DNA from: Octopus sinensis
Lineage: Eukaryota
Reading direction: 5' to 3'
DNA length: 64,000 nt
Assembly (NCBI RefSeq): GCF_006345805.1
Contig: NC_043001.1
Coordinates: 57,660,001 to 57,724,000, forward strand
How positions within the stretch are numbered: position 1 is the first letter of the stretch; every line of letters starts with the position of its first letter. The notes under the pieces are model-generated. The model was not told where the DNA came from and ran no database searches. It worked only from the letters and a program-made list of their open reading frames with translations. Of this stretch, positions 12,778-25,581 are shown piece by piece. The translations under genes and the position numbers were made by a program.

Positions 12778-13839
12778 ACATTGAATTATAAAAGCGGATA
12801 AGTTAATTCAGATAATCTTTAAGTTTTCAAGTGAAGTTTTAGCTTAATTTCTTCTTGTTAACAAGATAAAATAAAACCAACAAAAGCCCATGCATCTATT
12901 TCCAAAAGGAATTTTGAAGCAGTTGGTAGTAGTTCAAGATATTTTTAATGAAATTTTACAGCTTCAATAAAAGAATAAATGCTAATGAAGAATAAATGTC
13001 TCTAAATGTCACCAGATTTTAATATCTCGACTCATAGATGGCGCTACAAAGTATAATTTAATTCTGGGCCCTATGTAATTCAGTTCTAGCTGATTACTTA
13101 CCAACATAAAATCTTTACAGGGTCGGCTTGTTCGTAGCCACACGAATAACATCTCGTAATATTCAATTTAGAAAGGATTTTAGGTAAGAAAACACATAAA
13201 AGATGGCAAATGCATAAAGAAAAACACACACGCACATACACACATACACACTCATACGTATTCATCTGGCTTAGATGCGAGTATTATAACGAACAAAACA
13301 TTCTTTGTTGCATTGTAGTTATAATTTATCACTCACCCACAAGAGTAGCCGATAGTTGGATGTATAGTATACATTCGTAATAGCTAAGTTGTTGCAGATG
13401 CTCGTCGAATATAGCATACAGGAGCCTAACAAATTATTTCGAAATAAATCCCACAGAAGAGTTTCTACAGATTACAACACTTCCATTTAATAATACATTG
13501 TGGCATGTGAAATGTTTGGTTCAAACGAAGAGCCGGAAATTTTTCAGTTACCAAATAAGGAATTTTCTGAAATCTAGGATCAGACAATTCATTAACTAAT
13601 TTATTCTTACTGATATCATAGCCTGAAAGAATTTTATCCCAAAAATCGACGCGTTTTTTTTGCTTCTATACATGAAATTAGCATATTTTTAGGATTTTCA
13701 TGTAGTTACAGTTTAAACGTTGAAGAAATATTCATGTAAATATAGAAATAAAAAATGGGCAATAATTATATAAAATTCAACATTACACTGTAGAGAAACA
13801 GAATATAATATCTGCATGGAAGCATGAATAATAAACATA

Positions 13840-13900
13840 CTACTACTACTACTACTACTACTACTACAACTACTACTACTACTACTAATAATAATAATAA

Positions 13901-13956
<56 letters not shown>

Positions 13957-14040
13957 AGAAGAAGAAGAAGAAGAAGAAGAAGAAGAAGAATGAGGAGGAG
14001 GAGGGGACGAGGAAGGGGAGGGGAAGAAGAAGAAGAAGGC
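13840..14040. repeat. Compound (CTA)-(ATA)-(AAG)-(GAG) trinucleotide array
   Basis: Direct sequence. Confidence 0.95.
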
Positions 14041-14222
14041 ACCACTCTACAGCGAAAAATATCGTCAGAAAAACAGGATCTATTTAAAAGAGCAAATCAT
14101 CTCACTACATAGTGACACACAAGTTTAAATGTGCAAATATACGAACTGCATTAAGATATTTACATACGTTTAAAATGTAGGTTTGTGTATATATTTATAT
14201 AAAGTTACGTGTGCGTATGTGC

Positions 14223-14275
<53 letters not shown>

Positions 14276-14674
14276 ATATATATGCACGCGTATATATGTG
14301 TAAAAGTACGTCTGTATGTGTATGTATATGTATATATGCATATATATGTACACATATATGACAAAATATGCTTGTAAAACTTGTGTTCATTCGAATTAAG
14401 TAAAGAATAGATATGACAAATTTATTTGTAATATTGTGCCTGCAAGACACACATTACTGAACCCTTCCGTTTGCGTAATGGAAATTTATTCATAACGGAA
14501 TTGATTTTACATATTTACCTCGAGTACATGAATTAATACAGATATTTAGCTTTCAAAAATACAAACGGATAAATTTTCAAGTATACGATTTTCAAATATA
14601 TATGTGTTTTATATACGCATGCAGGTCAATAATACATACATACGTACAAACATACATACATATATATATGTGTG

Positions 14675-14713
<39 letters not shown>

Positions 14714-14741
14714 TTGTGTGTGTGTGTGTGTATGTGTGTGT

Positions 14742-15680
14742 ATGCAATTATAACTAAGAACATAGAAGAAAATTCTTACCTATATGCTGAAAGGAGACGC
14801 TAAATCGTCGAACCACATTAGATATATTCACTATTATTATTACACACGTGTCGACAATCGAGGAAGCAAGCGAACACAAATTCTTGACCGGCTACTCATG
14901 TGTCGAGGCTTGCTATGCACTTCAATATGGATATATTTGGAGTACTTATATGCATCTGCTTTCCTCTGGGTATGCATTAATATTTAGTTTATTTTCTCAG
15001 TATTCTCTGCTGACGAAAGAAAACCGTGTGTAATAATGATATTGATGCCGCTTAATGTGGTTCGACGATTTAGCTTCCTCTTTCAGCATATAGGCAACAT
15101 TTTTTTCTATGTCCTTAATTATGATTGTATTTATGATTTCACCTTAATAGGTCTATCTTTTTATATGCTGGCTACTGATAACATTTCTAACAATTTTATC
15201 CTTTTATATTATAATTTAATTAATTCCCATTCAATTCGGAACAGTCTAGCCACTAATGTGCTATTCTAGACCGGCCACAGACATGTCAAGGCTTACTGAG
15301 TGATTTGATATGGATATATTCAGGGTACTTATGTGCATTCATGACCTTGCATCTCCTTTTCTGTGGCTATGTATAAGTATTTCATTTATTTCCTCAGTAT
15401 TCTCTGCTGACCAAATAAAATCCTTTGGATTAATCTAGAAATTGGCCGATGCAGAGATACCATTTTATGAATTTCCGTTAGCTTGCTCCCTCGATTTTCG
15501 ACACGTGTGTAATAAATAATAGTGATGATATTTAATGGGGTTCGACGATTTAGTGACTCCTTTCAGCATGCAGGCAAGAATTTTTTCTTTGCCATTAATT
15601 ATAATTGTATTTATGTTTTCACCTTAACACGTCTATCTTTTTTATATGCTGGCTACTGATAAAAGTTTTAACAATTTTAT
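14742..15680. mobile_element. Foldback/MITE-like element with about 130-bp inverted arms and an internal tandem duplication
   Basis: 14742-14870 is imperfectly reverse-complementary to about 15480-15610 and partly to 15025-15130. 14880-15200 is directly repeated at about 15265-15680. Confidence 0.65.
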
Positions 15681-15688
15681 CGTTAGAT

Positions 15689-15720
<32 letters not shown>

Positions 15721-16411
15721 CACACATACATGTATGTATGTATTGGGTATACGCATTCATATGTGCGTGTGCATATATATATATGTGTGTGTGTGTGTGT
15801 GTCTGAGCCGATTTGGGAAAACGTGTGTCCTGAGAAGAAGCACACTCTAAGATCTAGAGCAGTCTATATTCTTTCCTAAAGAACGCCGGTTTCTGATTAT
15901 GAAGGCCGGATCTGTTTAAAATATGGAGGGAAAAAGTTTGTATTACTTCCCTTTGCTAATGTCTATCGACTTCTGGCCGTACTGCCATCGTTCATCTTTC
16001 AGCTATGATGGGAAACAATATGGGATTAGGTCCCTCTCCCGTTAGCTATCAACTTCCGGCGGTTCCCAGAAGGCCAGCAGAAATCCCCTAAAATGTAAAC
16101 AAGGCTCGAAAATTTCCGTTCTGGAGTGAAGTATAGTCCGATCACACGATAATTCTTAGGAAAGAATTGTTGTTTGTTTGTGGGTATGCTAAATGAATTG
16201 TAACAAATTCTATAAGCCGTTTGGTATCCCATAATAACGAGTTACCATTGTTGTTTGCATGTTCAACTAAGTGATTGTAAAAATATATAAATTTAGTTAT
16301 GTCGCATGAAAAATTTGTAATAATTACTATTTGTCGCTTATAATCATCTAAGTGAATCACTTCAAATAGCGAATTAACATTATCATTGTTAACAAGTGTA
16401 CCCAGATATTC

Positions 16412-17060
16412 ATGAGTATGGTCGGATGTAAAGTTAGATCCGTAATTTCAGATGCAAAAGTAAAAAAATGTGGTAGATCGAACTGTGCAACATGTCCTAA
16501 CCTGCTAGAAGGATCAGAATTCCTCTTTAAAGAGAGAGAGAAATTCAAGATCAAATCTAACTTTACTTGTGCCTCTGAAAACATAATTTATGTCATAAAA
16601 TGCTCGGGCTGCCACCAAGACTACGTGGGTTCCACGGGACTATCACTCAGACGTAGATGCACACTGCATCGACAACAGATTGCATTCCCAGAATATAGAA
16701 TGATACCTTTTAGTGAGCACATTGAGAAATGCGCAAAGCAACTACTACCACAATTTTTAATCTTTCCATTTTACCAATGTGCTTTCGGATCATCAACACA
16801 AATTAGACTAAACAAGGAAACATTCTTCATTGAAAAGTACAAGCCCAGACTCAACCATCCGAACATACTGATACAGAGAAATTCACATTAAGAGAAAGGA
16901 AAAAAAATTTAAGCGATTATCTCTCTTACACCAGAAGAAATCACCCACTACCTCCCCTTATTTAGAACTCTCCGGAACATAAACACAACGATAACTCTAT
17001 CCAACATAAACATAACGTCACAAGAAATTTGATAAGCTACACGCGAAACCGGTCTTTCTT
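16412..17060 (+). mobile_element. Penelope-like element 3' part: GIY-YIG endonuclease and pseudo-LTR
   Basis: ORF 16412-16891 contains CGRSNCATC, FTCASENIIYVIKCSGCHQDYVGSTGLSLRRRCTLH, FSEH and RLNKETFFIEKYKPRLN, i.e. PLE GIY-YIG with the CCHH motif. A hammerhead-like motif follows. Confidence 0.9.
17022..17060 (+). ncRNA. Minimal type-I hammerhead ribozyme-like motif, U3-A8 core variant
   Basis: AAGAAA-T-[TTGATAA]-GC tacac GC-[GAAA]-C CG G-TC|TTTCTT. Stem I AAGAAA/TTTCTT (one extra T), palindromic ACCGGT stem III, GUC cleavage triplet, 140 nt downstream of the PLE EN stop. Confidence 0.55.
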
Positions 17061-17261
17061 TTAATTATGTCATTATAAGGGGAAAAAAATTTTTTTTAAA
17101 TTTTCTAATATTCTTCAGACATATTGACGCAAATATATATATATTTTTAACATTTAAGCCTTCTGTCGTTTTTTCACTCTTTACTATTTTCTATATATAT
17201 ATAAATATATATAAATATAAATATATATATATGTGTGTGTGTATCTTCGTGCCTGTGCTTG

Positions 17262-17460
17262 TTCCTCCATGACCGCTTCACAAAGGATTTTGGTGTGTTT
17301 ATGTCCGCGTAACTTAGTAAGTTGTTGAAGACTCCGATAGAATAAGTACACGGCTTTAAAAAATAAGTCCTGGGATTGATTTGTGTGAATAAGTACCTTC
17401 AAGACGATGCTCTAACATCGCTGCAGTCAAATGATTGAAACAAGTAAAGGAATAAAAGAA
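17262..17460 (+). mobile_element. SINE family 1, 3' fragment (diverged)
   Basis: CCGATAGAATAAGTAC and GCAGTCAAATGATTGAAACAAGTAAA match 6380-6490. Confidence 0.75.
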
Positions 17461-17599
17461 TAATATGTCGTATGGGAAAACATTGTAATAGTTATATCGA
17501 TTAGAATCACCGAAGAAAATGACTTCAAATAACGAGTCAGCATTGTTATTTTTTACAAGGATATCGAAAGTATTATGCAAATCACAATACGGAATAGAT

Positions 17600-17810
17600 G
17601 TTGATAAATAAGAATAATTTGTTCAAGTAGATTATAATAAAATGAACGGTTGAGTTGTAATAAGCGAACGAAATTATCGTTTGTGTAATCATCAAAAAGA
17701 TTAGAAATATCTTTATGTCGATTATAATCCCCCGGTAATAGTAAAGGTGGTGAGGGCACCTTGGAAGTCAATAATGGTATGAGAATCTTCAACACAAAAT
17801 TAGAAGAAAA
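17600..17810 (-). mobile_element. Possible decayed APE-domain fragment of a LINE
   Basis: ORF 17553-17813 contains SPPLLLPGDYNRH and LLQLNRS, resembling the APE P-x-L-L-x-G-D-F-N-x-H and L-L-N motifs. Confidence 0.3.
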
Positions 17811-18946
17811 CACTTATATCTAAAATATTGGATATTATACAAGCCTCAGAAAGGTAAATTAAATGTTTTCTGAAAGCAAAATTTGTAAAATGAGAAATAT
17901 TGGTTATAAAAAATGTGATTGATCGGTGGATTGGATAGGAAATTAATTGTAATGATTTCTGAGAAAACTGAAATTATATAATAGTGATAATAGCTACAAA
18001 GTAGCGTATTAATCAGTGATAGTCATAAAATATGAATTATAAATATAGTTATGGAAAGTATATATACTGAAGAGAAAAATATATAGCCCTCATACGGACA
18101 TAAATAATTCAATGTTTATTATATCATAATGTAATGTAAGATGAGATAATTGTCCTTCGAATGTGAATTGAAATGATCACACAAATATGAAAACGCAGAG
18201 TAAAATAATGTGAAGAAAAAGATTTAAGTATTTGCTAGAAAATGCAACTAAGACAAGAGAATATATTTTCAGTAGTGAATAATTTTTGGTCGTGGGTTTA
18301 ACCAGCAATAAAGAACATAGCAGTTGAGAAGGAGAGGACGATGCATTGATTAGTGATGAAGGAATAGGAATCAATGCATATATTAATGAGTATATCGAAT
18401 TGAGAGATTGTATGGTTATACAATGAGTTAAGTGTATTTAAAATCCAAATGAAAAATTATAAATTAGAACAATGTATATAAATTACGAGAAAGAACGCCG
18501 ACGTGTAACTTAGAAATGGATGACCACTAGAGCTCATAGACGCCACTGAAAGCTAAACGGCCGTAAAACAAGAAGTAGATAAGTGACGATACAATAAGCT
18601 AGGCAGACTCGTAAAAGAATGACATAGCGATTGAAATAAACCCTTGCAAAGTCTATTTTATTTTCTTTCTTTTTATATATGTGTATATATTATTAGTTAA
18701 TAAATCGTACGATATACACCTGGTAGTTTGCCAGTAAAGCGCGTTCACTAGGCAGTGTTCACTGGGTATCAAATTAAAGAGAGATAGAGAAGGTGAAAGT
18801 CACGAGAATGTTTATTGAAGATGGATCGATGCTCGATAGGTCGAAAGGATTGTAATGATTAATAAAGATTCTCGTATCTTATATATTCCGCTTTTCTCTT
18901 TCCCTCTCTCTCCCCCCCCTCTCTCTCTCTCTCTCTCTCCCTCTCT

Positions 18947-18997
<51 letters not shown>

Positions 18998-21119
18998 ACA
19001 CACACACATATGCACACACAATTATACGAATATGCATGCATGTGTATATGGAAGTTACACTTGTCTAGCAATGACGGGCCTTGATTAAAAATACGGGACT
19101 CAATAATTCGATGTATATATGGAGGAATATAATAGTTCTTACGTGAATGAATTTTGAGTGGTTTACAGCGGACCGATTGCCTAATTTTGTAAAGAAATTG
19201 TAATAGTTATTAATTAGATAGATTTAGAAAAGATGTGATTGAAATTTAACTCTGACTTAAGTAATAAACTTGATTTCACAGTATTGTCGTCCTCACGAAA
19301 TCAGCTCCTTACAGCAGGTTATTCAAAAGGCAAACATTCAGGTGTAGTAAGAAATATAATGAGTTAGATTTATTATCATTCTACCAAGCGTAATCTATCG
19401 TAGACATGTTTTGATGTGAGTCTTCAGTGGGAAGATATTCAGAGTCTCTCAGTCCAATAAAAATTCCAGTTATTACGATGGTTCTTCTCACAATGTATCA
19501 CTCTGATTATGACTGAGTATTTAAAGTTCTTTTTTATGTGTAATATTCCAACGCTTTTGTTATAATTCAATCACTTGAAAGAGGAAGGAAAATACTCATC
19601 ATCGAAATCGACGGAGGAACCGTTTATGTTTTTGATTTCCAAAAATTTCTACGTAAATAAAATAAGAAAACTAATCGATAATAATAGCAATTCCAACCAA
19701 TTTAGTTGTGGAAAAGCGGATATAAAACAAAATATTTTCAACAGTCACACATTGCGGCCTACATTCTTAATAGGTACATGAATACACTTAAAAAAAGACC
19801 TCATTATCTCAATATTGAAAATATTTATGGTAATAAATCTGATCTAAATAATATAGTGAATTGATTGGTTCGTTACAGAAGAGGGGCGGGGGAATAGAAC
19901 GAAAGCATCTTAGAAAAGAATGCAGTATTCTAATTTTGTGATCGAAATCAAGAAAGATTGAGATAACAGGTAATTTAGAAGTTGCCGAAGAGATAAACTT
20001 TATGAATACAAACATATATTTTATTGGTTTTCTACTCTTTTTAAAATCCATAATTAATCATCTTTATAAGAGCTGAATGAATTTAGAAATGTTAAATCAT
20101 GGTTCTTAATGTAGTAATCTCTTTAAAAAAACAAAAGAAAATACGCATTATGTGCTGAATAAGTTTTCAACATAATAGAGGCGTTTTCACAAATTGTATA
20201 TATATTGTTTTATATCTAATCTAAAGCATTTATTTAGAAAAAAAAACAGCATAAACAACGTGTTTGGTGGTGATATTGAAGGCAGTGTGGCCGTAAATGA
20301 TATTAAAATAAACATACAAAATATTAGATTAAATGATTAATGTGAGGAATATTTATTAACTCCATAACCATTAGTTGATAGTAAGCTGTTTCTTCATAAA
20401 ATTGAATGAGAAATACGATTGTTATTCATTAAGAAGTAATCAAGCACAGCAAAGTATGAAATAAACTGAACCCCGAACAGGAAAATAACGAACGAGAAAA
20501 TAGATAAAAAGTGAAAAATTCCTTTGCTTTTTTTCTAAAAATTTCTTTACTTTTGAGAGAAAATGTGATATTGGTGCTTAAAATCAGATTGTGTTGCACA
20601 ACTTTGGGGAGTTTCGATCTTTTATACAACAGAATATGTTCTAGTCGATCTCTGATCTGTTCTGAATGACAGACACCTAAAATAATATCTTTCATTTTCA
20701 CGTTGGTCAAAAGTATTTTCCTTCTCAAACCTTCACTCACTCACTCACTCACTTACTCACTCACTTCATATAACTCTCACTCACTCATTCACTCATTACT
20801 GGCAACATGTAATCCAGTACTACCTGTTGCATGGTCGGGTCGTTGACGACTAAACTGCCAACCCCACCAGGATTGCTTAGTGACGAGGGTGATTGTTGGA
20901 TACCCTGCAGGACGTCAAAGGACAGACAAACGCATGAGTAGTCAACGGCCATCCAACAAATATGTGTAAATATGTATATATCGTTTTTAAATTAAAATTT
21001 TTATTTATATTTAAGTCTTGTATATATTGTATTTCAATTTGTGTGTGTGTATTGTGTATATTGATGTGTTTGTGTGGTTTATGTGTACGTGACTGATTGC
21101 GTGTTTCTTTTTTAAATGG

Positions 21120-22440
21120 GAGTGAAGGACCCCAAGCTCTTGTTACAGTAGCCTTCTAAAAGAGGAAAACTTGAAATAAAACCTATGGTTGATGTGATTT
21201 CCAGTCATCTGGCTTAGGCTTGTTGCCAGACAATAATCACTGAAACTTAGAGAGTGGTGCTCTTTTGTGTTCTTCTCATCTATCATTTTTACAGATGAAA
21301 ATCCTATGGCGATAGAGGAGTGGCGATATGTACAGATCTGACCAGTTGGAAGCATATAGCTGCAAATCTACACTTAGGCGGCAGGAGTCTTATCATAACA
21401 TCGTTGTTATGTTTTCCTGTGACAAGAGCTAACTTCGGTGGAGACACCTGTGTCTGAGCAGCCCTATTAAGGAGAACACTGCTCGTCCAAAATCTTGGGA
21501 AGGTGCTAGAAAAGGTGCACAAAAAATTGCCTGTCACATCTGCGGTTCATTCAAGCAGGAAAGAAAAAATGAATTATGAGGCAAATCATTTATGAAAGAA
21601 AAAAAACGAATTAAAATAAATATTTGCTGCTGGAATGTCAGAACTCTTTTGGCTCATCAACCCGACTAGAAAAACCGCACTGGTAACGAAAGAACTTCGA
21701 AGATTAAGTATAGATATTGCAGCCTTGCCAAAAAACGTTTATCAAGGTGTGATCAGCTGATTGAAGTATCATCAGGTTTAACACTTTTCTGGACAGGAAA
21801 CCAAAAGGAGAACAGCAAGATGGTGGTGTAGGTTTTGCAGTACGTAAAAATCTAGCACAGCATATAGAGTCCCTCTCAAGAATTAGTGACCGTATAACGA
21901 AGTTGCGCATTTCCCTTGCATGAGGGCGATATGCAACAATTCTGTCAGTTTATGTTCCAACTCTCAAGGCAAGTGAAGAATGTATTATGACATTTTATGA
22001 ATCCCTTCGAGCTACAATTGTATCTAGTCCAGTCGAAAAAAATGTTATCATTCTTGGCGATTTCAATGCCCAAGTTGGCAGAGGCATGATATATGGGATG
22101 CACTGGACCATTACGGCATCGGTAAGATGAATGCTAATGGTTTGAAGATGCTTGAGCTCTGATTAGAGCCCAACCTCGCAATTTGCAACACATTTTTCCG
22201 TCAAAAGAAGAAGCATAAAGTTATCTGGATAGACCCAAGGTCAAAAAATGGCCACTCGGAGATGCGATCTGAATGATGTCTGCAATGTGCGTGTTACGCG
22301 TACTGCAGAATGCAACACAGACCATAAGATGGTTCGGGAGAAATTTAAGTTACGTCTTCCGAAAAAATCTCGTATGTGTGGAATCAAATCTCTGAAAGTT
22401 ACTGAGCAGTACAGCAAGTCGTTTCCAAATTTCTGGTAGA
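21120..22440 (+). mobile_element. RTE-clade LINE 5' part (5'UTR and APE), frameshifted, 3' part lost
   Basis: From about 21600: CWNVRTL, GGVGFAVRK, ILSVYVPT, ILGDFNAQVG, NTFFRQKKKHK, DHKMVR. Ends abruptly at about 22440. Confidence 0.85.
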
Positions 22441-22444
22441 GTGT

Positions 22445-22577
22445 ATTGCGTCAGGGGGCTGTTTTTCTCACAGACGGTGCCCAACTGATCCTACTGCACT
22501 GTGTAGTCGACAAAATGAAAAAGAAACAATGCGTATGCGGGAAATTAAAAGAGCGAAAATTTACCTATTGCACCCTG
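22445..22577. mobile_element. Probable terminal fragment of another Tc1/mariner-like element
   Basis: Ends ...ACCTATTGCACCCTG (reverse complement CAGGGTG, a typical Tc1-like terminus) and interrupts the RTE copy. Confidence 0.35.
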
Positions 22578-22631
22578 TGTATGTATGTATGTACATTATA
22601 TATATATATATATATTATATATATATATATA

Positions 22632-23877
22632 CAGGGTGTCCCAAAAAAATGAATACACACTTTAAACAATTGTAAAGTAGTTGTTTATTAAAAGACACTT
22701 CATTTTCAAACTTTAATAGAATCTACAGACATTCTTTTATTGTTTTGTCAATGCCTGTTTTCAAACTGATGTCCGGTCTGGTCCAGGCACTGCTGACAAC
22801 GCAAAGGAATGGAATCACAAATATCACACAAGAATTTGTTTGGTATTTGTGTGAACTCTCGTCCAATGGCTGCTCTCAAATCAGCGACTTGTATGTTTCA
22901 TAGCGTAGAATTTGTCTTTAAGGTATCCCCATAAAAGAGTCTAGTGGTGTGAGGTCTGGTGAATTCAACCATACCTCTTTATCCAGTCCACCTGTTTAGC
23001 AAGATCTCATCAAGGAAGGATCTAACATAGCAATGGTAGTGTGGGGATGCCCCATCTAGCTGAAAATAAAACTCCTCATCTTCAAAGTCTTCTCTAATGC
23101 TTGGCATAACAGACTGTTGCAACAAGTTCAAGTAAACGGGACCAGTCACAGTAGCATAACAAAAGAATGGTCCAATTAATCCTCTTGATGATAAACCACA
23201 CCACACAAATATCAAATTAACATGGTATTTCACCATAACATGCAGATTCTCAGGATCCCAGTAGGTGCAATTGTGGCAGTTAATTGAACCATTTAATTTG
23301 AATGTGGCTTCATCACTCCACACAATCTTTGTTGGAAAGTGTGCAGCTTCTACACATCGTTCCAAGTACCACTCGCAATGCTGCACTCTTTCGTCTGGAT
23401 CATCGTCATTAATAGCATGGACTAATCTTGGAATGTAACTTTTCCATTGACAATGCTTCAAAATGCATTGGACAGATGATTTTGGAATACCCACCTCATG
23501 ACTCGTTTTGCCGCACAGATTTTCTTGGACTTTGGTGATTCATTTCCAGTACTCCTTGCTTTGTTGGGGTTGTTGATGTTCGGGGTCTTCTGGAATGCTT
23601 ATCGTGGACATTCTGAACAGTTCCATCAGCTTCAAACTTATCTCTAATTCAAGTGATAGGGAGTTGCATTAGTGGATCTGTTTGAAACTCCATCCCCAAC
23701 TGTTTTTGCACTTCAACTGCATTTTCACACTTCCAGTATCATTTTAGAATAAAATTTCTTTGTTCAAAGCTTAATCTGACTGCCATCATTAAATCCTATA
23801 GGTTTCATCTGGAAAGAAAAAATATCAATTGAGTTATCAGCTGCTAAAGTGTGTATACATTTTTTTGGGACACCCTC
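22632..23877 (-). mobile_element. Full-length, decayed Tc1/mariner transposon, DD41D (rosa)-like
   Basis: About 33-bp TIRs CAGGGTGTCCCAAAAAAATG(A/T)ATACACACTTTA at 22632 and 23845-23877, in TA repeats. Transposase remnants [30 protein letters not shown], then frameshifted SPDLTPLD. The D spacing cannot be counted exactly because of a deletion. Confidence 0.9.
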
Positions 23878-24040
23878 CATATATATATATATATATATAT
23901 TACGGAGATGTACTCGCATAGCAAGTAATTTGATCTGAAATCGTGTGCTGAAACGAAAACAATTGCAGCATGGAAGGTGTTTATAAGCCATTTAAGAAAC
24001 ACACAAAAGCCGTTCGATTCACTTCAACATTTAAGTTTAA

Positions 24041-24090
24041 TTTGTCAAAATATTTTCGTCGCTAAAATCTGCGACCTGTTCACTGACAAA
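24041..24090 (-). ncRNA. Minimal type-I hammerhead-like motif, G3-C8 variant (minus-strand copy)
   Basis: Exact reverse complement of 24110-24159. Confidence 0.6.
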
Positions 24091-24109
24091 ATCCGATGCA
24101 GCACGGATT

Positions 24110-24159
24110 TTTGTCAGTGAACAGGTCGCAGATTTTAGCGACGAAAATATTTTGACAAA
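24110..24159 (+). ncRNA. Minimal type-I hammerhead-like motif, G3-C8 variant
   Basis: TTTGTCA-[GTGAACA]-G-GTCGC agatttta GCGAC-[GAAA]-A TA T-TT|TGACAAA. In-register 7-bp stem I, 5-bp stem II, palindromic AATATT stem III. Confidence 0.6.
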
Positions 24160-24238
24160 TTAAACTTAAATGTTGAAGTGAATCGAACGGCTTTTGTGTG
24201 TTTCTTAAATGGCTTATAAACACCTTCCACGCTGCAAT

Positions 24239-24335
<97 letters not shown>

Positions 24336-25021
24336 GTGCTGCACAAATTTGCGAACAATTTTCGGGTATGTGCTAAAATATATTTTAATAAATTGAAAGT
24401 TAATCATCTTCTGGATAGTTGATTTTAATGAATGCACATATTTAGCATACGACCCCCGAATTAATGTAGTATACATATGCATAATAAGTGCCGTTATAAT
24501 TTCATTTCTAATGAAAACCTATTTACATTGAAAAGCTCTTCGATGAAGGCATAGACAAGAAATACCAATATTGTCCGAAAGAGTGTAGCAGTATTAGATA
24601 TCCACAATACTAGAACTAAGCAATTTGATTTATCATAGTACATGTATCTTCTATGTACATAAATTGATCGAAGGAAGAGCAACAATACATTTGCTCAGGG
24701 AGATTCAAGTTTTAACAACTTTTCATTGAATTGCCTACGCGCAAATGCTGATGTGTCACTGTTAATAAATATCTATCTATCTATCTGCCTGCCTGTCTTC
24801 CTACTCTCCCTCTCTCCCTCTCACCTTCACACACACTCCCCCCTCTCTACACGCACACACACTTATACCCACACGCAAATATATATACATTCATATACCC
24901 ACATAAATACACACACACACACACACCTATATATCTATGATACCTTTATATGTATCTAATACATATATATGTGCGCGTGTGTGTGTGTATATATATATAC
25001 ATATATATATATGCATATATA

Positions 25022-25085
<64 letters not shown>

Positions 25086-25426
25086 ACACACATCATACGT
25101 ACAATTATTTATATGTATATAAATCCGGCAGATTATAGGGAAAATAGCAAATATTGTAGAACAAAAGCGAAAATAGAGGTTAAATTGCAATATTAGTTTG
25201 CAAACCTGAACGTGGCCGGGAAAGATAAGCGGTAAATGATAAAGTAAATAATGTTGGTAGACTTCTAAAGAATGGGAAAATAGCATAAATATCATGTGAT
25301 GCTCAAAATAGATAAGGTAATAAAGAAATTGGTGGAGAAAATTTGCTATAATGTTCTTCTGGTACACCAGTTTATTCTCTTTTATATACATACATACATA
25401 CATACATACATACATACATACATACT

Positions 25427-25497
<71 letters not shown>

Positions 25498-25516
25498 ATG
25501 TGTGCGTGTATGGATA

Positions 25517-25581
<65 letters not shown>

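Larger units (their letters stand above)
23901..24241. mobile_element. PLE pseudo-LTR-like repeat as a head-to-head palindrome
   Basis: Arms 23959-24095 and 24104-24241 differ at two positions; 8-nt centre. Each arm carries a hammerhead-like fold. The PLE origin is inferred from the ribozyme type. Confidence 0.6.

Noticed and set aside
16026-16400. Minus-strand frames with LDD and AYRIC suggesting an inverted PLE RT
   Set aside because: Motifs are in different frames and out of expected order.
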